This document shows, piece after piece, positions 8,779 through 19,889 of a stretch of 64,000 bases of DNA (position 1 is its first letter; each line of letters starts with the position of its first letter). Position numbers and translations under genes: made by a program. The notes beneath the pieces are model-generated. The model had not been told where the DNA came from. It did no database searches and saw only the letters and a list, made by a program, of their open reading frames with translations. The stretch covers positions 1 through 64,000 of the forward strand of contig CBDCFW010000004.1 in the NCBI GenBank assembly GCA_965216465.1, read 5' to 3'. The stretch comes from Bacteroidia bacterium (GTDB lineage Bacteria > Bacteroidota > Bacteroidia > NS11-12g > UBA9320).

Positions 8779-9654
8779 TTACTTAATTAATACCCCAATT
8801 TTCAATGAGCTAGAAAGCGCTAAACCGTTGTAGTCAATTACATTAAACCCGTAACCAAAATCGTAATCTACATAGTAAGGGTCTTCGTCAGGACCGTCAA
8901 GTCTTCTTGAGTTAACAAATCCATATCCCACTCCTACGTTTAAATCAACACTGAAAACTTCTCCAAAAATGTACTGCTTACCCATTTTTAAGAGCAAAGC
9001 AGATCGTACCACTTCTGACCTTACCATCTCTTCATTGTAATCAAATGTCACAGGGTCGTAAATGAATTGATTGCCTTCTGAAATATGGTAGCTAAATGCA
9101 AGGGTTGGTTGAACGTACAAACCACCCATGCGATGAGCATTTCGCACCTTTCTTAAATGAAAGTCCGGCTTTGCAAATACTCTATATCCAAATGATGCAG
9201 TTACCCCACGATCCTTTGTATATGAAAAGTCATTCGACCCTAATCCTATAATTCCTAAGCTCCCTTCTAAACTGTGAAGAGGCTTCTTGCTGTATTCAAA
9301 ACCAAAGTCGGTATAACCTTGCAATGGAGTCAATAAACCAAATTTTAGATTCATTGTTTTTTGCTTGTCATATGCTAAATCGCTAATTGCTTTTTCATTG
9401 TCAATTGGTCGAATGATTTCTCCTGTTTTTAATCGAATATAATCTACCAATTCATTTTCAATAGCAAGAACTAAATTAGGCCTATCAGCATATGCGTATT
9501 TTACTTCGGTAGTGTTAAACTCTAAAACCATACAAACAATAGTTTCATTGTTAACCTTAAAGATGGTATCTGATGCTTCAGTTTGAGCCTGAACTTGGCC
9601 CGTGCCTATGAAAGTTAAGCAGGTAATTAATAAGAGTGCGAGTGTGTTTTTCAT
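8779..9654 (-). CDS. Hypothetical exported/outer-membrane beta-barrel protein
   Basis: Signal peptide from ATG 9654 (MKNTLALL); N-terminal DTIFKVNNETI small domain; alternating beta strands ending LKIGVLIK. Confidence 0.6.
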   Translation of the reverse strand: MKNTLALLLITCLTFIGTGQVQAQTEASDTIFKVNNETIVCMVLEFNTTEVKYAYADRPNLVLAIENELVDYIRLKTGEIIRPIDNEKAISDLAYDKQKTMNLKFGLLTPLQGYTDFGFEYSKKPLHSLEGSLGIIGLGSNDFSYTKDRGVTASFGYRVFAKPDFHLRKVRNAHRMGGLYVQPTLAFSYHISEGNQFIYDPVTFDYNEEMVRSEVVRSALLLKMGKQYIFGEVFSVDLNVGVGYGFVNSRRLDGPDEDPYYVDYDFGYGFNVIDYNGLALSSSLKIGVLIK

Positions 9655-9909
9655 GATATTCAAATATAATTATACCACAAGGTTCGGGGAAATTGAGCAG
9701 TCTTTCTTATTTAATAATAAAACATATGAAATCAAGTGTTATTATTTTTGCGTTAGGTAATATAATTATGTATTAATTATGAAATAATGATACGAATTAT
9801 GCGCGATAAAATAATTAGTTGCGAAAAACAATAGAAATACTAGTATATTTTGCCGATATTATTTTAAAGTGCAAAAATAATATATAGTGAATCGGTTCTT
9901 GACCGTGTC

Positions 9910-10671
9910 TTATTTTGGTAAAATTGAACAGCTACCTAAACCGGCAACTTTAGCCATAATCTTTTTACCCGGCTCAATAAAGACTGCAGGAGTTGCAGCC
10001 CCCGCCAGTAATATATCATCCTTACTGAATACTTGGCCATACTTGGCAGCTAAACGTGAAGCATTGCAAACAGATAAGTAAGGGTTATCTAAGATAGCGT
10101 TGCTATCATCCTCTTCCTTTACCTCTCCATCAAAGCTCAAACTCATTTTCAATCCATTTAAGCTTTCAGGCAACGGCTGCCATGCTCCCAAAACGAATCC
10201 TGTACTTGAACAGTTATCGGCTATAACATCTTCTAACGAGAACTTGAAGTTTTCGTAACGTGAGTCAATTATCTCAATGGCTGGAGCACAGGCCAAAATG
10301 TATTCGGGTATCTCTTCAAGACTAATCTCTCGATCGATATCTTTCTTTAACAAGAAGGCAATTTCTGGCTCAGCTCGAGGATGAATAAATTTGCTTAAAG
10401 GCAATTCCCCACCATTTTCGTAATGCATTTCATCTGTTAGCCTGCCCCAAATCATATCATGAACTCCCATTTGTTCCATCTTAGCAAAACTGGTAAAGCC
10501 GAGTTTTAACCCGACAAATTTTTCACCTCGAGCATAACGTTCTTCGAGTGATAATCTTTGTATTTCATAAGCATCTGCTTCATTAAATTGCTGGGTTAAG
10601 GTAACTTGAGGTACTGCTTTTGCATTTTTTGCGGCTTGATCAAGCGTGCTGGCTATTTCTGAAAAGTTCAT
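9910..10671 (-). CDS. 2-keto-4-pentenoate hydratase / 4-oxalocrotonate decarboxylase (FAH superfamily)
   Basis: AYEIQ, GLKLGFTS..KMEQMGV, EPEIAF, EIIDSRY..FKFSL.DVIADNCSS motifs; start placed at ATG 10671. Confidence 0.85.
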   Translation of the reverse strand: MNFSEIASTLDQAAKNAKAVPQVTLTQQFNEADAYEIQRLSLEERYARGEKFVGLKLGFTSFAKMEQMGVHDMIWGRLTDEMHYENGGELPLSKFIHPRAEPEIAFLLKKDIDREISLEEIPEYILACAPAIEIIDSRYENFKFSLEDVIADNCSSTGFVLGAWQPLPESLNGLKMSLSFDGEVKEEDDSNAILDNPYLSVCNASRLAAKYGQVFSKDDILLAGAATPAVFIEPGKKIMAKVAGLGSCSILPK

Positions 10672-10763
10672 CGCTGCAATGATACGGACTTCAAGGCGCA
10701 TTTTAATACAAGATTATTGTCCAATTTTAATTGGATTTCACATTCGCGGTTACCTTTGCGGCA

Positions 10764-11696
10764 ATGAGTTTACTAGTAATTGGAAGTGTGGCCTTTGATG
10801 CCATCGAAACCCCATTTGGGAAAACCGACAAGATTATCGGTGGTGCAGCAACTTATATCGCTTTGTCAAGCAGTTATTTTAATGATCGAGTTGACCTCGT
10901 AGCAGTCGTAGGAGGAGATTTTCCTAAGCAAGATATTGCCTTACTTGAAGAGCATGGAGTAGATACGACTGGACTTCAAATCAAAGAAGATGAAAAATCA
11001 TTCTTCTGGAGTGGTAAGTACCATAACGACATGAATAGCCGTGACACGCTAGTTACTGAATTGAACGTACTTGAACATTTCGATCCAATTATTCCAGAGG
11101 CCTACCAAAACAGCGACTATGTTATGCTCGGTAACCTTTCACCTCAAGTTCAAAAAACAGTAATTGAACGCATGGCTAAGCGTCCAAAGTTGATTGCAAT
11201 GGATACAATGAATTTCTGGATGGATATTGCCTTAGAAGAATTAACCGAGACTATTTCAATGGTCGACGTCTTAATAATAAACGATGAAGAAGCTAGACAA
11301 CTAAGCGGTGAGTACGCTTTAGTTAAAGCTGCTCGTAAAATCATGGAAATGGGGCCTAAATATCTAATCATAAAAAAAGGCGAGCACGGTGCTTTGCTTT
11401 TCCAAGAAGATTCAGTGTATTTCTGTCCTGCACTTCCTCTTGAAGAAGTATTCGACCCTACCGGTGCCGGAGATACTTTTGCTGGAGGTTTCATTGGCTA
11501 CTTGGCAGCTACCGACAATATTTCTTTTGAGAACATGAAAAGAGCGGTTATATATGGAAGTGCAATGGCGAGCTTCTGTGTAGAAAAGTTTGGAACCGAA
11601 AAACTAATCAATCTCGATCAGCGAACTATTGAAGATCGAGTTCAAGCATTCATCGACTTAAGCCAAGTAGAAATTAACATAGAAAGCAGAGCGTAA
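10764..11696 (+). CDS. PfkB-family carbohydrate kinase
   Basis: GSVAFD..ETPFG...IGGAATY and DPTGAGDTFAGGF signatures; ATG 10764 follows TACCTTTG. Confidence 0.9.
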   Translation: MSLLVIGSVAFDAIETPFGKTDKIIGGAATYIALSSSYFNDRVDLVAVVGGDFPKQDIALLEEHGVDTTGLQIKEDEKSFFWSGKYHNDMNSRDTLVTELNVLEHFDPIIPEAYQNSDYVMLGNLSPQVQKTVIERMAKRPKLIAMDTMNFWMDIALEELTETISMVDVLIINDEEARQLSGEYALVKAARKIMEMGPKYLIIKKGEHGALLFQEDSVYFCPALPLEEVFDPTGAGDTFAGGFIGYLAATDNISFENMKRAVIYGSAMASFCVEKFGTEKLINLDQRTIEDRVQAFIDLSQVEINIESRA

Positions 11697-13406
11697 TTGG
11701 AGAAAATTTGGAAGCAAAGAGATCAGGCTGAACCGGCAGCGGTTCAACAACTGGTTAATGATCTTAATGCCCCAGAGGTTATTGCTCAAATTCTTTGTCA
11801 ACGAGGCATTGATACTGCTGAAAAAGTAAAGCAATTCTATAATCCGAGAATTGGAGATCTACACGATCCATTCTTAATGCAGGATATGGAAGCTGCAATT
11901 ACCAGAATTAACAAAGCTGTTGGAAATCAGGAGGGCGTTTTAATCTTTGGTGATTACGACGTCGATGGAACTACATCAGTTGCTCTTGCTTATTCTTTCT
12001 TCAAAGCTCATTTAGCAAATATTGAATACTACATACCTGATCGATACAAAGAAGGTTATGGGGTCAGCAAAGCTGGAATAGATTATGCTCATAGACAAGG
12101 CTTGACCCTAATTATAGCTTTGGATTGTGGTATTCGCTCTGTTGAGTTGGTTGACTATGCAATTAGTTTAGGAATAGACTTTATTATTTGTGACCATCAT
12201 TTACCAGGAGATGAGTTGCCAAAAGCAGTTGCGGTTCTCGATCCTAAAAGGGATGATTGCAGCTATCCATTTAAAGAACTTTCAGGATGTGGCATTGGGT
12301 TTAAGCTTGCTCAAGCATATGCTCAAGTTCATGACTTAGATGATTTAACCTATTTGCAATATCTCGACCTTGTTACGCTAAGTATAGCATCAGACATAGT
12401 TCCCATTGTTGGAGAAAATAGAGTGCTCGCATTTTTTGGGTTGCGGTTCATAAATAATCAACCCAGGTTAGGAGTTCAAAAGTTGATTGAAGTCTCAATT
12501 AATAAAGACAAGCTTTCAATTGGAGACTTGGTTTTTTATCTAGGTCCAAGAATAAATGCAGCTGGTAGAATGGGAGATGCAAAAGGGGCAGTAAAAGTAT
12601 TGACTTCAGAGCATGAACACGAAGCTTTAGAATGGGCCAAAGTGCTTCATGAACAAAATATTGAAAGAAAAGATGTAGATGCTAAAATCACTGCAGATTT
12701 TCAAGAAATTATTGCCAAACATCAAGAGCTACTTAATCAAAAGACCTTGGTGTTTTACCAAGAAGATTGGCATAAGGGTGTGGTGGGGATAGCTGCTAGC
12801 CGTGCTATAGAATTATACTATCGACCAACAATCGTGCTAACCAAATCTGGAGATGTTCTGGCAGGTAGTGCAAGAAGTGTTTCAGGCTTCGATGTTCATG
12901 CGGCCCTCGAAGAGTGTAAGCAGCATTTGATTCAATTTGGAGGACATACGCATGCAGCAGGTATGACGCTTCATCCTGAAAAGCTCGATGATTTCCGACA
13001 AGCATTTGAAGCAGTAGGACAGCGATTACTCACCAAAGAGATGTTGACCCCAAAGATTCATTACGATACCACATTGGATATTAATTTGGTTGGAGATGGT
13101 CTTCTAAAAGCCATCGAACGCATGGCTCCATTTGGCCCAGGCAACCTAACGCCGACTTTTTACAGTACTGCATTAACCGATCGAGCAGGAAGAATAATTG
13201 GTAAGACAGCAGAGCATCTACGCCTAAATATTCAAAGGTCTAATGGAGAGTTGCCAGCAATAGGTTTTGGAATGGCTCCAAAACTTGAAGCCATAAAAAA
13301 AGCAGACTCTTTTGAAGCCTGCTTTCAGATAAATGAAAATATCTTTAACGGTTATCGAAGCATTCAGTTAATGCTTAAAGATCTCCGTCCTACCAACGGT
13401 GCTTGA
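11697..13406 (+). CDS. recJ: Single-stranded-DNA-specific exonuclease RecJ
   Basis: GDYDVDG, DCG, DHH, PRINAAGR, GSARS, GGH..AAG motifs. Confidence 0.96.
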   Translation: MEKIWKQRDQAEPAAVQQLVNDLNAPEVIAQILCQRGIDTAEKVKQFYNPRIGDLHDPFLMQDMEAAITRINKAVGNQEGVLIFGDYDVDGTTSVALAYSFFKAHLANIEYYIPDRYKEGYGVSKAGIDYAHRQGLTLIIALDCGIRSVELVDYAISLGIDFIICDHHLPGDELPKAVAVLDPKRDDCSYPFKELSGCGIGFKLAQAYAQVHDLDDLTYLQYLDLVTLSIASDIVPIVGENRVLAFFGLRFINNQPRLGVQKLIEVSINKDKLSIGDLVFYLGPRINAAGRMGDAKGAVKVLTSEHEHEALEWAKVLHEQNIERKDVDAKITADFQEIIAKHQELLNQKTLVFYQEDWHKGVVGIAASRAIELYYRPTIVLTKSGDVLAGSARSVSGFDVHAALEECKQHLIQFGGHTHAAGMTLHPEKLDDFRQAFEAVGQRLLTKEMLTPKIHYDTTLDINLVGDGLLKAIERMAPFGPGNLTPTFYSTALTDRAGRIIGKTAEHLRLNIQRSNGELPAIGFGMAPKLEAIKKADSFEACFQINENIFNGYRSIQLMLKDLRPTNGA

Positions 13407-14085
13407 TGTGCCTTCTTTGTGTAAGTGAGAAGTCGTAGCAAACTTGACCACCTACACTTAAGTTGGTTAATTGTGGTGCACCGCTATAGTTTTTATAAAT
13501 GTTAACCATTCCATAGTTGCTTCTTACGCCTATAGAAAGTCGGTTTAAGTTGTTTTTGAAACCGAAGTTTACCCCAAAACCAGTGGTAATACCTGCATCA
13601 ATTGCACGAGCTTCTGCATCCTCAGGAGCAATTTCTTCTTGTGCTACCAATTGAGCTCCTACCGGATCGTATGTAGCTACGTTTAGTGCGTAGGCAACAT
13701 ATGGTCCGCCCTCAACATAGAAATAGGCGTTTGGTTGGCCTACAACGTAAGGAACCAATTCTTTCTTAGTGAATGGAATGATATAGTGAGCTGTAATAGG
13801 CATGGTGATGTAAGTTCCTGCAAGAATGCTTGTAGATGCATCTGGAAGTTCAACAACAGAGGCCTTAGCATCCATAAGAATGTCTCCTTCAAGTATCATT
13901 CTTTTATATACTTGATGTTTGTAACCAACACCTTCAAATACATTAATTCCTAAAAGATTAGTGTAAGAAGAAGAACCTGATCTTAAGGCAACACCTCCAC
14001 CAGCTTTTAAAGAAAGCCAGTTTTGTGCTTGTAATCCAGTTGCAGAGATAGCTACGGTAAGTAATACAAATAGTAATTTTTTCAT
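13390..14085 (-). CDS. Outer-membrane beta-barrel protein (PorT-like)
   Basis: Signal peptide from ATG 14085 (MKKLLFVLL); YITMPI and GGPYVAY motifs; the longer track ORF start overlaps lptB and is unlikely. Confidence 0.65.
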   Translation of the reverse strand: MKKLLFVLLTVAISATGLQAQNWLSLKAGGGVALRSGSSSYTNLLGINVFEGVGYKHQVYKRMILEGDILMDAKASVVELPDASTSILAGTYITMPITAHYIIPFTKKELVPYVVGQPNAYFYVEGGPYVAYALNVATYDPVGAQLVAQEEIAPEDAEARAIDAGITTGFGVNFGFKNNLNRLSIGVRSNYGMVNIYKNYSGAPQLTNLSVGGQVCYDFSLTQRRHIKHRW

Positions 14086-14164
14086 CTTATTATTTTTATG
14101 ATTCGACAAATATACTTCAAAACGAATATTTCTTATCCAATAGTCTATTACTTTTGAACACCCT

Positions 14165-14890
14165 ATGCGACTAAAAGCAGACAACCTGGTAAAACAATAC
14201 AAAAAGCGTAAAGTAGTGAATAACATGTCCCTCGAAGTAGAGCAGGGAGAGATTGTTGGATTGTTGGGCCCTAATGGAGCGGGTAAAACAACCACCTTTT
14301 ATATGGTTGTTGGATTAGTAAAGCCAGATGAAGGCAAAGTGTATCTTGATGATGAAGAAATCACCAAGAATGCGATGTATAAAAGAGCTCAGAAAGGAGT
14401 TGGCTACTTACCGCAAGAGGCGTCTGTTTTTAGGGAGTTATCTGTCGAAGACAATATCAAAGCGGTGTTGGAAATGACCAATAAAACCAAAGAGGAACAA
14501 ATTGAGAAAACAGAGAAGCTTATTGAAGAATTTGGACTACAAAAAGTTCGTAAAAACTTGGGAAAAGTATTAAGCGGGGGTGAGCGTAGAAGATGCGAAA
14601 TTGCTAGAGCGTTGGCGGTAGATCCTAAGTTTATTTTACTTGACGAACCTTTTGCCGGAGTAGACCCAATTGCAGTTGAGGATATCCAAGACATTGTAAA
14701 GAAACTGGTAGATAAAAATATTGGCGTTCTGATTACGGATCATAACGTGCATGAGACCTTAAGTATAGTCGATAGAGCCTACTTATTGTTCGAAGGCCGT
14801 CTTTTGAAAAAAGGAACAGCCGAAGAGTTGGCAGCGGATGAAATGGTGCGAAAGGTTTATCTCGGTAAAAACTTTGAATTGAGACCATAA
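14165..14890 (+). CDS. lptB: LPS export ABC transporter ATP-binding protein
   Basis: [53 protein letters not shown]. Confidence 0.95.
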   Translation: MRLKADNLVKQYKKRKVVNNMSLEVEQGEIVGLLGPNGAGKTTTFYMVVGLVKPDEGKVYLDDEEITKNAMYKRAQKGVGYLPQEASVFRELSVEDNIKAVLEMTNKTKEEQIEKTEKLIEEFGLQKVRKNLGKVLSGGERRRCEIARALAVDPKFILLDEPFAGVDPIAVEDIQDIVKKLVDKNIGVLITDHNVHETLSIVDRAYLLFEGRLLKKGTAEELAADEMVRKVYLGKNFELRP

Positions 14891-14916
14891 AAAAAGGGCC
14901 GTAATCACGACCCTTT
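14891..14916. terminator. Bidirectional intrinsic terminator
   Basis: AAAAAGGGCCGT-AATC-ACGACCCTTT between convergent genes. Confidence 0.65.
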
Positions 14917-14936
14917 ATTTGATATTCTTTTTAAGT

Positions 14937-15755
14937 TTAGAAGTGGAATAATAGAACTAAATCGCTTCCAAAAATATTGTAGTTAAAACGATTGAACTGG
15001 TCATTGCTGGTATTACGTGTATACTCCGTATACTCCCCACCAATTACTGTTTCGTATCGTCCTGTTCCTTCTGAGTCAAATTGATAATTGATTGCCCAGC
15101 CTAATCGTCCTTGAACAGAAATTTTAGGTGCAAAGAAGAATTCAACACCTGTGAACACTTGAGCTCCTACATTAAAGTATCTGTCAGAGTATTCAATGGT
15201 TCTAGTTCCGGGACTACCGTTAAATGAACTTGGTGTTTGGTTGGTTGAAGACATGGCATTACCGTAAACATAAGATTGATTTTGGCCACCGAATCCAACT
15301 GTTAAACCTGTACCACAGAAGCCTTGAATTCTACCGTCACCTTTTCTTTTTTCGATATCAGCTCCGATTACGTTGAAGTAAGAATTTTGGATGGCTTGGT
15401 CTGATACTTGAGCTGAGAAAGTAGGATCTGTTGCGGCAGCATCATCTCTTACATCGTGGTAAATTCTGCTATAACCAGATTTTTGAAGGTTAAGTCTAGC
15501 ACTAACCGCTGTAGTCGAGGTTAAAAACTTCTTAACATAAATCGTGTTGTTAACATTACCTGCAAAGGGAGCACTGTTGAAATTGTCTCCCAAGAAGTTA
15601 CCTACGTAGTTTAAAAATGGGTCTGCATCAAAACCAATCGCGTAATCACCTTCTTCAGGCAATATTGTTCTACCAGACTTGCTGGTCAAGGTTTGAGCAT
15701 TTGCAGTTGCTACGCACGCAACCAGCAAGAATGTAAAAATTCTAGATAATTTCAT
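14937..15755 (-). CDS. Hypothetical outer-membrane beta-barrel protein
   Basis: Signal peptide; GVEFFFAPKISV motif; terminal aromatic residue (LLFHF). Confidence 0.65.
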   Translation of the reverse strand: MKLSRIFTFLLVACVATANAQTLTSKSGRTILPEEGDYAIGFDADPFLNYVGNFLGDNFNSAPFAGNVNNTIYVKKFLTSTTAVSARLNLQKSGYSRIYHDVRDDAAATDPTFSAQVSDQAIQNSYFNVIGADIEKRKGDGRIQGFCGTGLTVGFGGQNQSYVYGNAMSSTNQTPSSFNGSPGTRTIEYSDRYFNVGAQVFTGVEFFFAPKISVQGRLGWAINYQFDSEGTGRYETVIGGEYTEYTRNTSNDQFNRFNYNIFGSDLVLLFHF

Positions 15756-15769
15756 AACTGACTTTCTGA

Positions 15770-16285
15770 TTATTGAATGTACATGTTAATTGTAGCAATG
15801 TCAGATTTTCCTTTTGACATGTTGGTGTAGTAGTTGCTTGGCCAGTAAGCAATTCTTTCCATTGTTACTACGTCATTACCTTGGTTGTATTTCTGCTCAA
15901 CAAATGCCTTGCCAACAGTCATTAAATACTGAATGTTATTTCTTTCACCAACGGGAAGTTCTAAGGTAACTTTACCATTTGCATCTGTTGTTCCAGATAC
16001 CACATGATCTTTAAAGTTGTAGCTGTAGTTTGGATTAGAATAAAAATTTGCCTCGTTTGTTGACGCTGCAACTAAAATACCTTCAATTCCCTCATAAGTT
16101 GTCATGTAATACCCTAGGTCGTTGGTGTCATTCGTTTGGTCAATGTTCGCTCTTAAGTGAACCAAAAGTTCTCCATTTCCGAATTCAACTTCCGTTGCTG
16201 GATTTGTAGTTTCAATCTTACATGAAGAGAAGAATACTGTAAAAATAGTAAGGCTTAATAAAGCCAAAATAGATTTGTGTTTCAT
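15770..16285 (-). CDS. Hypothetical lipoprotein
   Basis: MKHKSILALL...FFSSC lipobox from ATG 16285; TATCTTTG promoter box at 16315-16322 (-). Confidence 0.6.
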   Translation of the reverse strand: MKHKSILALLSLTIFTVFFSSCKIETTNPATEVEFGNGELLVHLRANIDQTNDTNDLGYYMTTYEGIEGILVAASTNEANFYSNPNYSYNFKDHVVSGTTDANGKVTLELPVGERNNIQYLMTVGKAFVEQKYNQGNDVVTMERIAYWPSNYYTNMSKGKSDIATINMYIQ

Positions 16286-16429
16286 AATAATTATTAGTGT
16301 TTCTTGTTGAGTTACAAAGATAGAGCTAATAGACCTGTTGAAACACCCCATTGTGAACACTTACCGCCATTGTCTAGTATATTGAATTTCATTCAATTGC
16401 ATACTGGTTTTTGCGATTTTCTATACCAA

Positions 16430-19400
16430 TTATTGGGTGAAATAATGTTTCACTTTGTCTTTATAGTAGTTTTTAAGTTCCGGAGATATTTGGTGTATCA
16501 ATTCCGTTTCTTTTTGCTTCTCTTTTAAGTATTTTTCAATGCTTGGTGGAAGTGGTCTGTCAACATCATTCCCTTCATTTGAGGTTCTTCTTTCTTCTTG
16601 GTCGCGTTCACGCTCTGCCTTTTCGTGCTCGCTAAGTTTAATTTCTAACAAATCAAGTTTTTGAAAAACCGAATGATTCAATTTCTTGTAATACAGATCT
16701 TTTTCAAGGTCGTCCATTAAATCTTGAGTCTTTTTTAAATCACCTAAGCTACCTCCCTTGCCTTCTTTCTGAAGGTTACGTTCTAGTTCTTGCAATTTTT
16801 TACGAATGGCCTCTTGTTGTGCGGCCATTTGTGCAAATTCTTTGCTTAGCGGATTTTTGCCCTGTGCTTGCCCTTGCTTCATTTGCTTCAACGACTTCGC
16901 AAGTTCTTGTTGCATCTTTTTGATAGCTTGAGCATTGGGTTTTTTCTGTTTCCCGCCAGCACTTCCAGGTTTCTTACATTGACCTTTGGGTTGACCTTTG
17001 CTTTGCTTCATGCTCTTCATTTGTTCTTGCATTTGCTTCAACGATTCACTTAACATTAAGGCTAAGTTGTTATATCCAGTCATTGCATATTGTTGATGAA
17101 CAAGTGCATTGCTGGTGTAGCGTTCACCTAAATATGTTAGCGATTGTTCAAGACTCTCATTTACTCTAGCAACCTCTTCGTTAACAAAATGTTGTATCGA
17201 TAAATTTCGTTTGCTTAAGGCTAGAAGCGAGTCTTCAACAATCTTAGTTTCTTCTTTAATCTTGTGTTGTTTTTGTCTAAGTTCAATGTACTTAGGGCTG
17301 TATCTTGCATTCTCCTTGAATCCGTCGATGAGCGTCTCTTGATCATGAGATAACTGGATTAAGTTTTCTAAGATTTGGCGTAGATTGTTGTAATCTTCCT
17401 CCTGTTGTTCTTCGTACGCCTCTTCCATCTCTTCTTGCATTTCATCTGCCATGTCTTGCAATTCTTCTGAAGATTCATCCATTTGTTCTCCAGCAGATTT
17501 ATTCTTTCCTTTCTCAACCTGCTCTTTACTCGACTTCATCTTGTCTTCAGTCTTTGCATGTTGCTCCTTTTTGTCTTTTAATCCTAAAGGAGACTCTAAG
17601 TCTTCGTTCTTCTTTTTGATGTCTTCTAGATCTTTTTTAAGATCTTCCATCTTTTTGTTGAGGTCTTCTTGCTTTTTGGCCAGGTTTTCTTTGCTTTCTT
17701 CCTTTTTCTTAGTTTTCTCGGCAAGATCTTTTTGCTTCTCGGCAAGCTCGTTTAGTTTTTGTATGGTTTCATTGAGCTTCTTTTCAAGTTCTAGTTCTTT
17801 AAAAAGCTCAAGCATCCGGTCCATCTCTTTTGACATCTCCTTCTCATTGAACTTAAACTCCTTAATTGCTTCCTGAAGCTGGTCTGTTTTGTTCTCTTGT
17901 AAAAGCTTCTGAATTTTTTCCATCAACTCCTTCATTTCATCATCCAAAATTTCATCTAGCAGTTGTTCAAGTTCCTTTTGCTTTTCTAGCATAGATTCAT
18001 CAACTTGCTTAAACTCCTCTTCTTTCAAATTCTTCTCTAAGTTTTGATTGATTGTTTGTTGAAGTTTGTTTTCCAATAACTTGTGCTTGTCGAGCATTTC
18101 CTGAATCTTCATTTTGTCATTCCAATCCAGATTTTTCTTTTCGGTTAGCATTTTTTCAATGCTATTTAGCTCTTTTTCAAGCTGGGCAGATTGCGATTGA
18201 GCACTCGATAATGAGTTTTTAATTTGCTCATTAGCCTGCTCCGTTCGTTCCTCAATTTCAGCTAAACTAGGTGCTTTGTATCTCGTTAAACTTGACTTTT
18301 TTGGTTTGGCACCATTGATTCCATCATTGTCCCAGATGGTGAAATTGTATTCTATTTCGTCATCCAACTCAAAATTTTAAAGCTTCTAGATTCCAGTAAT
18401 GATAGAAATTCTGTTTTGTTGTGGCTTTATTGATTGTTATCGTAGTTGAACCCCGAAGCTCCTACTTTGTTTTCATCTTTGCTCTTTACAAAGCGGTAAT
18501 TGAAATCCAACTTTGTGAATCCGTGGTCATCAGAAATGTCACCCAAGAAATAAAAAATCTTATTGCTAAGGCTGTCATTTTTTTGTTCTACATCAATCAC
18601 CAGGATAATCATCTGGAATTACATTCACATTAAACTGCAGAGAATCTCCTTTGCTTACTTCATTGTTAAGCATTTTAACTTTGAACGCTCTAGATTTCAA
18701 AAATCGCTGAACAAAGGTTGATTTGCTATCCGTTTTTATCGCTTGCTTATCTTGATCCAGTACCTCTATTTCGTTCACATTTTGGGTTGCAAACTTCCAT
18801 GTGATTTCTGAGCCTATCGGGATGTTGAATTTCTGTGGAATTTTTTACCGTTTCCGATTCAAGGTTGAGGTAGTTTGGGTATTTAATGATCGCGGTATAT
18901 CCTAATAAACTTGGTTTAAGAAATACATCAATGGGGTATTCTTTACTGGTAAATCCAGCAGACTCAAAATACACAAGTTCTGACCGTTGGATGTTTTTCA
19001 GTTGAAACGAAAATTTGCCTACTTCGTCTTTTCTCATCTTGTATCGCTGACCCCCAAAATGCACATACGCATCGTTAGGAATTTCATCGCCGCTAAGCTT
19101 TAACTTGATGTCGACATCTTCATTCTGCACGGCATGATTGCTATCTTGTAGGTTAGGTATAAAGTCAAATGGAGCTTCAATCTCAAAATGTTTGCTGTAG
19201 TTCACTACCCGATTTCCACTGTGCTTAAATCCTGGGCTTACAAGTAGGATGAACAGCAAAGCAAGGGCTGGAATTAAAGCCAGTTTCACGTAGCGTAAAT
19301 TGGTTTTGTACGAAATAGCATTGCCGAATTGCACCGGTCTTAGTTCTTTCGTTTTTTGCTCGATACTGGCAATTAATAGAGCACTGTCCTGTTGAGATTT

Positions 19401-19757
19401 GGCTTCGTGTTGAAGTTGCAATGTGTTAATTAGCTTGTCTCCTACGTCTGGAAAGTGATTTCCAACCATAGAGGAAGCCTCTTTAATCCCAAATTTCCGT
19501 GAAATGTTGAACAACCCAAGCATCGGACGCACTATATACCACGCCAATACGCCAATACATCCCCCAAGGTACAGAAAGAACAAGGTAGTACGGGCTGTTG
19601 GACTGAAACGTGCAAAGTACTCAATAAAGGCAAGTGTAAAGAATCCAATTAGCAAAAGTGAGATACCCAAAATAGCTCCCTTCAAAAGTTGATTTTGGTA
19701 ATACTTCTTGATGAAAAGTTCAAGTTTGTATAAAAGTGTATGATTCTGAGTGTTCAC
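16430..19757 (-). pseudogene. DUF4175-like large membrane-anchored coiled-coil protein, frameshifted (likely sequence error)
   Basis: Track ORFs 18747-19757, 18593-18778, 18427-18612 and 16430-18367 join into one 1107-aa frame after removing four single extra bases; N-terminal TM helices, DDHGFTKL and WDNDGING motifs, long Q/E/K coiled coil. Confidence 0.75.
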
Positions 19758-19889
19758 CTAATGCTATTAACGCAAATGTAAACGAAATGTTGCTTATTTT
19801 AAGGGCATTTACGATGGGTGTATCACGTTAAGGTAAAAATCGATGTGCTGCAATAAAATCGGTGCTGTTTGAGTTATTTTTGTACTGGT

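Noticed and set aside
9669-9895. oriC call for the AT-rich spacer
   Set aside because: Only one poor DnaA-box-like sequence (TATACCACA), no box cluster, and no dnaA or mnmG nearby
16348-16373. CCATTGT direct repeat upstream of the lipoprotein promoter
   Set aside because: A 7-mer at 19-bp spacing could be chance; insufficient support
18371-18832. Programmed ribosomal frameshifting or phase variation in the DUF4175-like gene
   Set aside because: Four independent shifts at 2-4 nt runs with no slippery heptamer or long tract; implausible as a programmed mechanism
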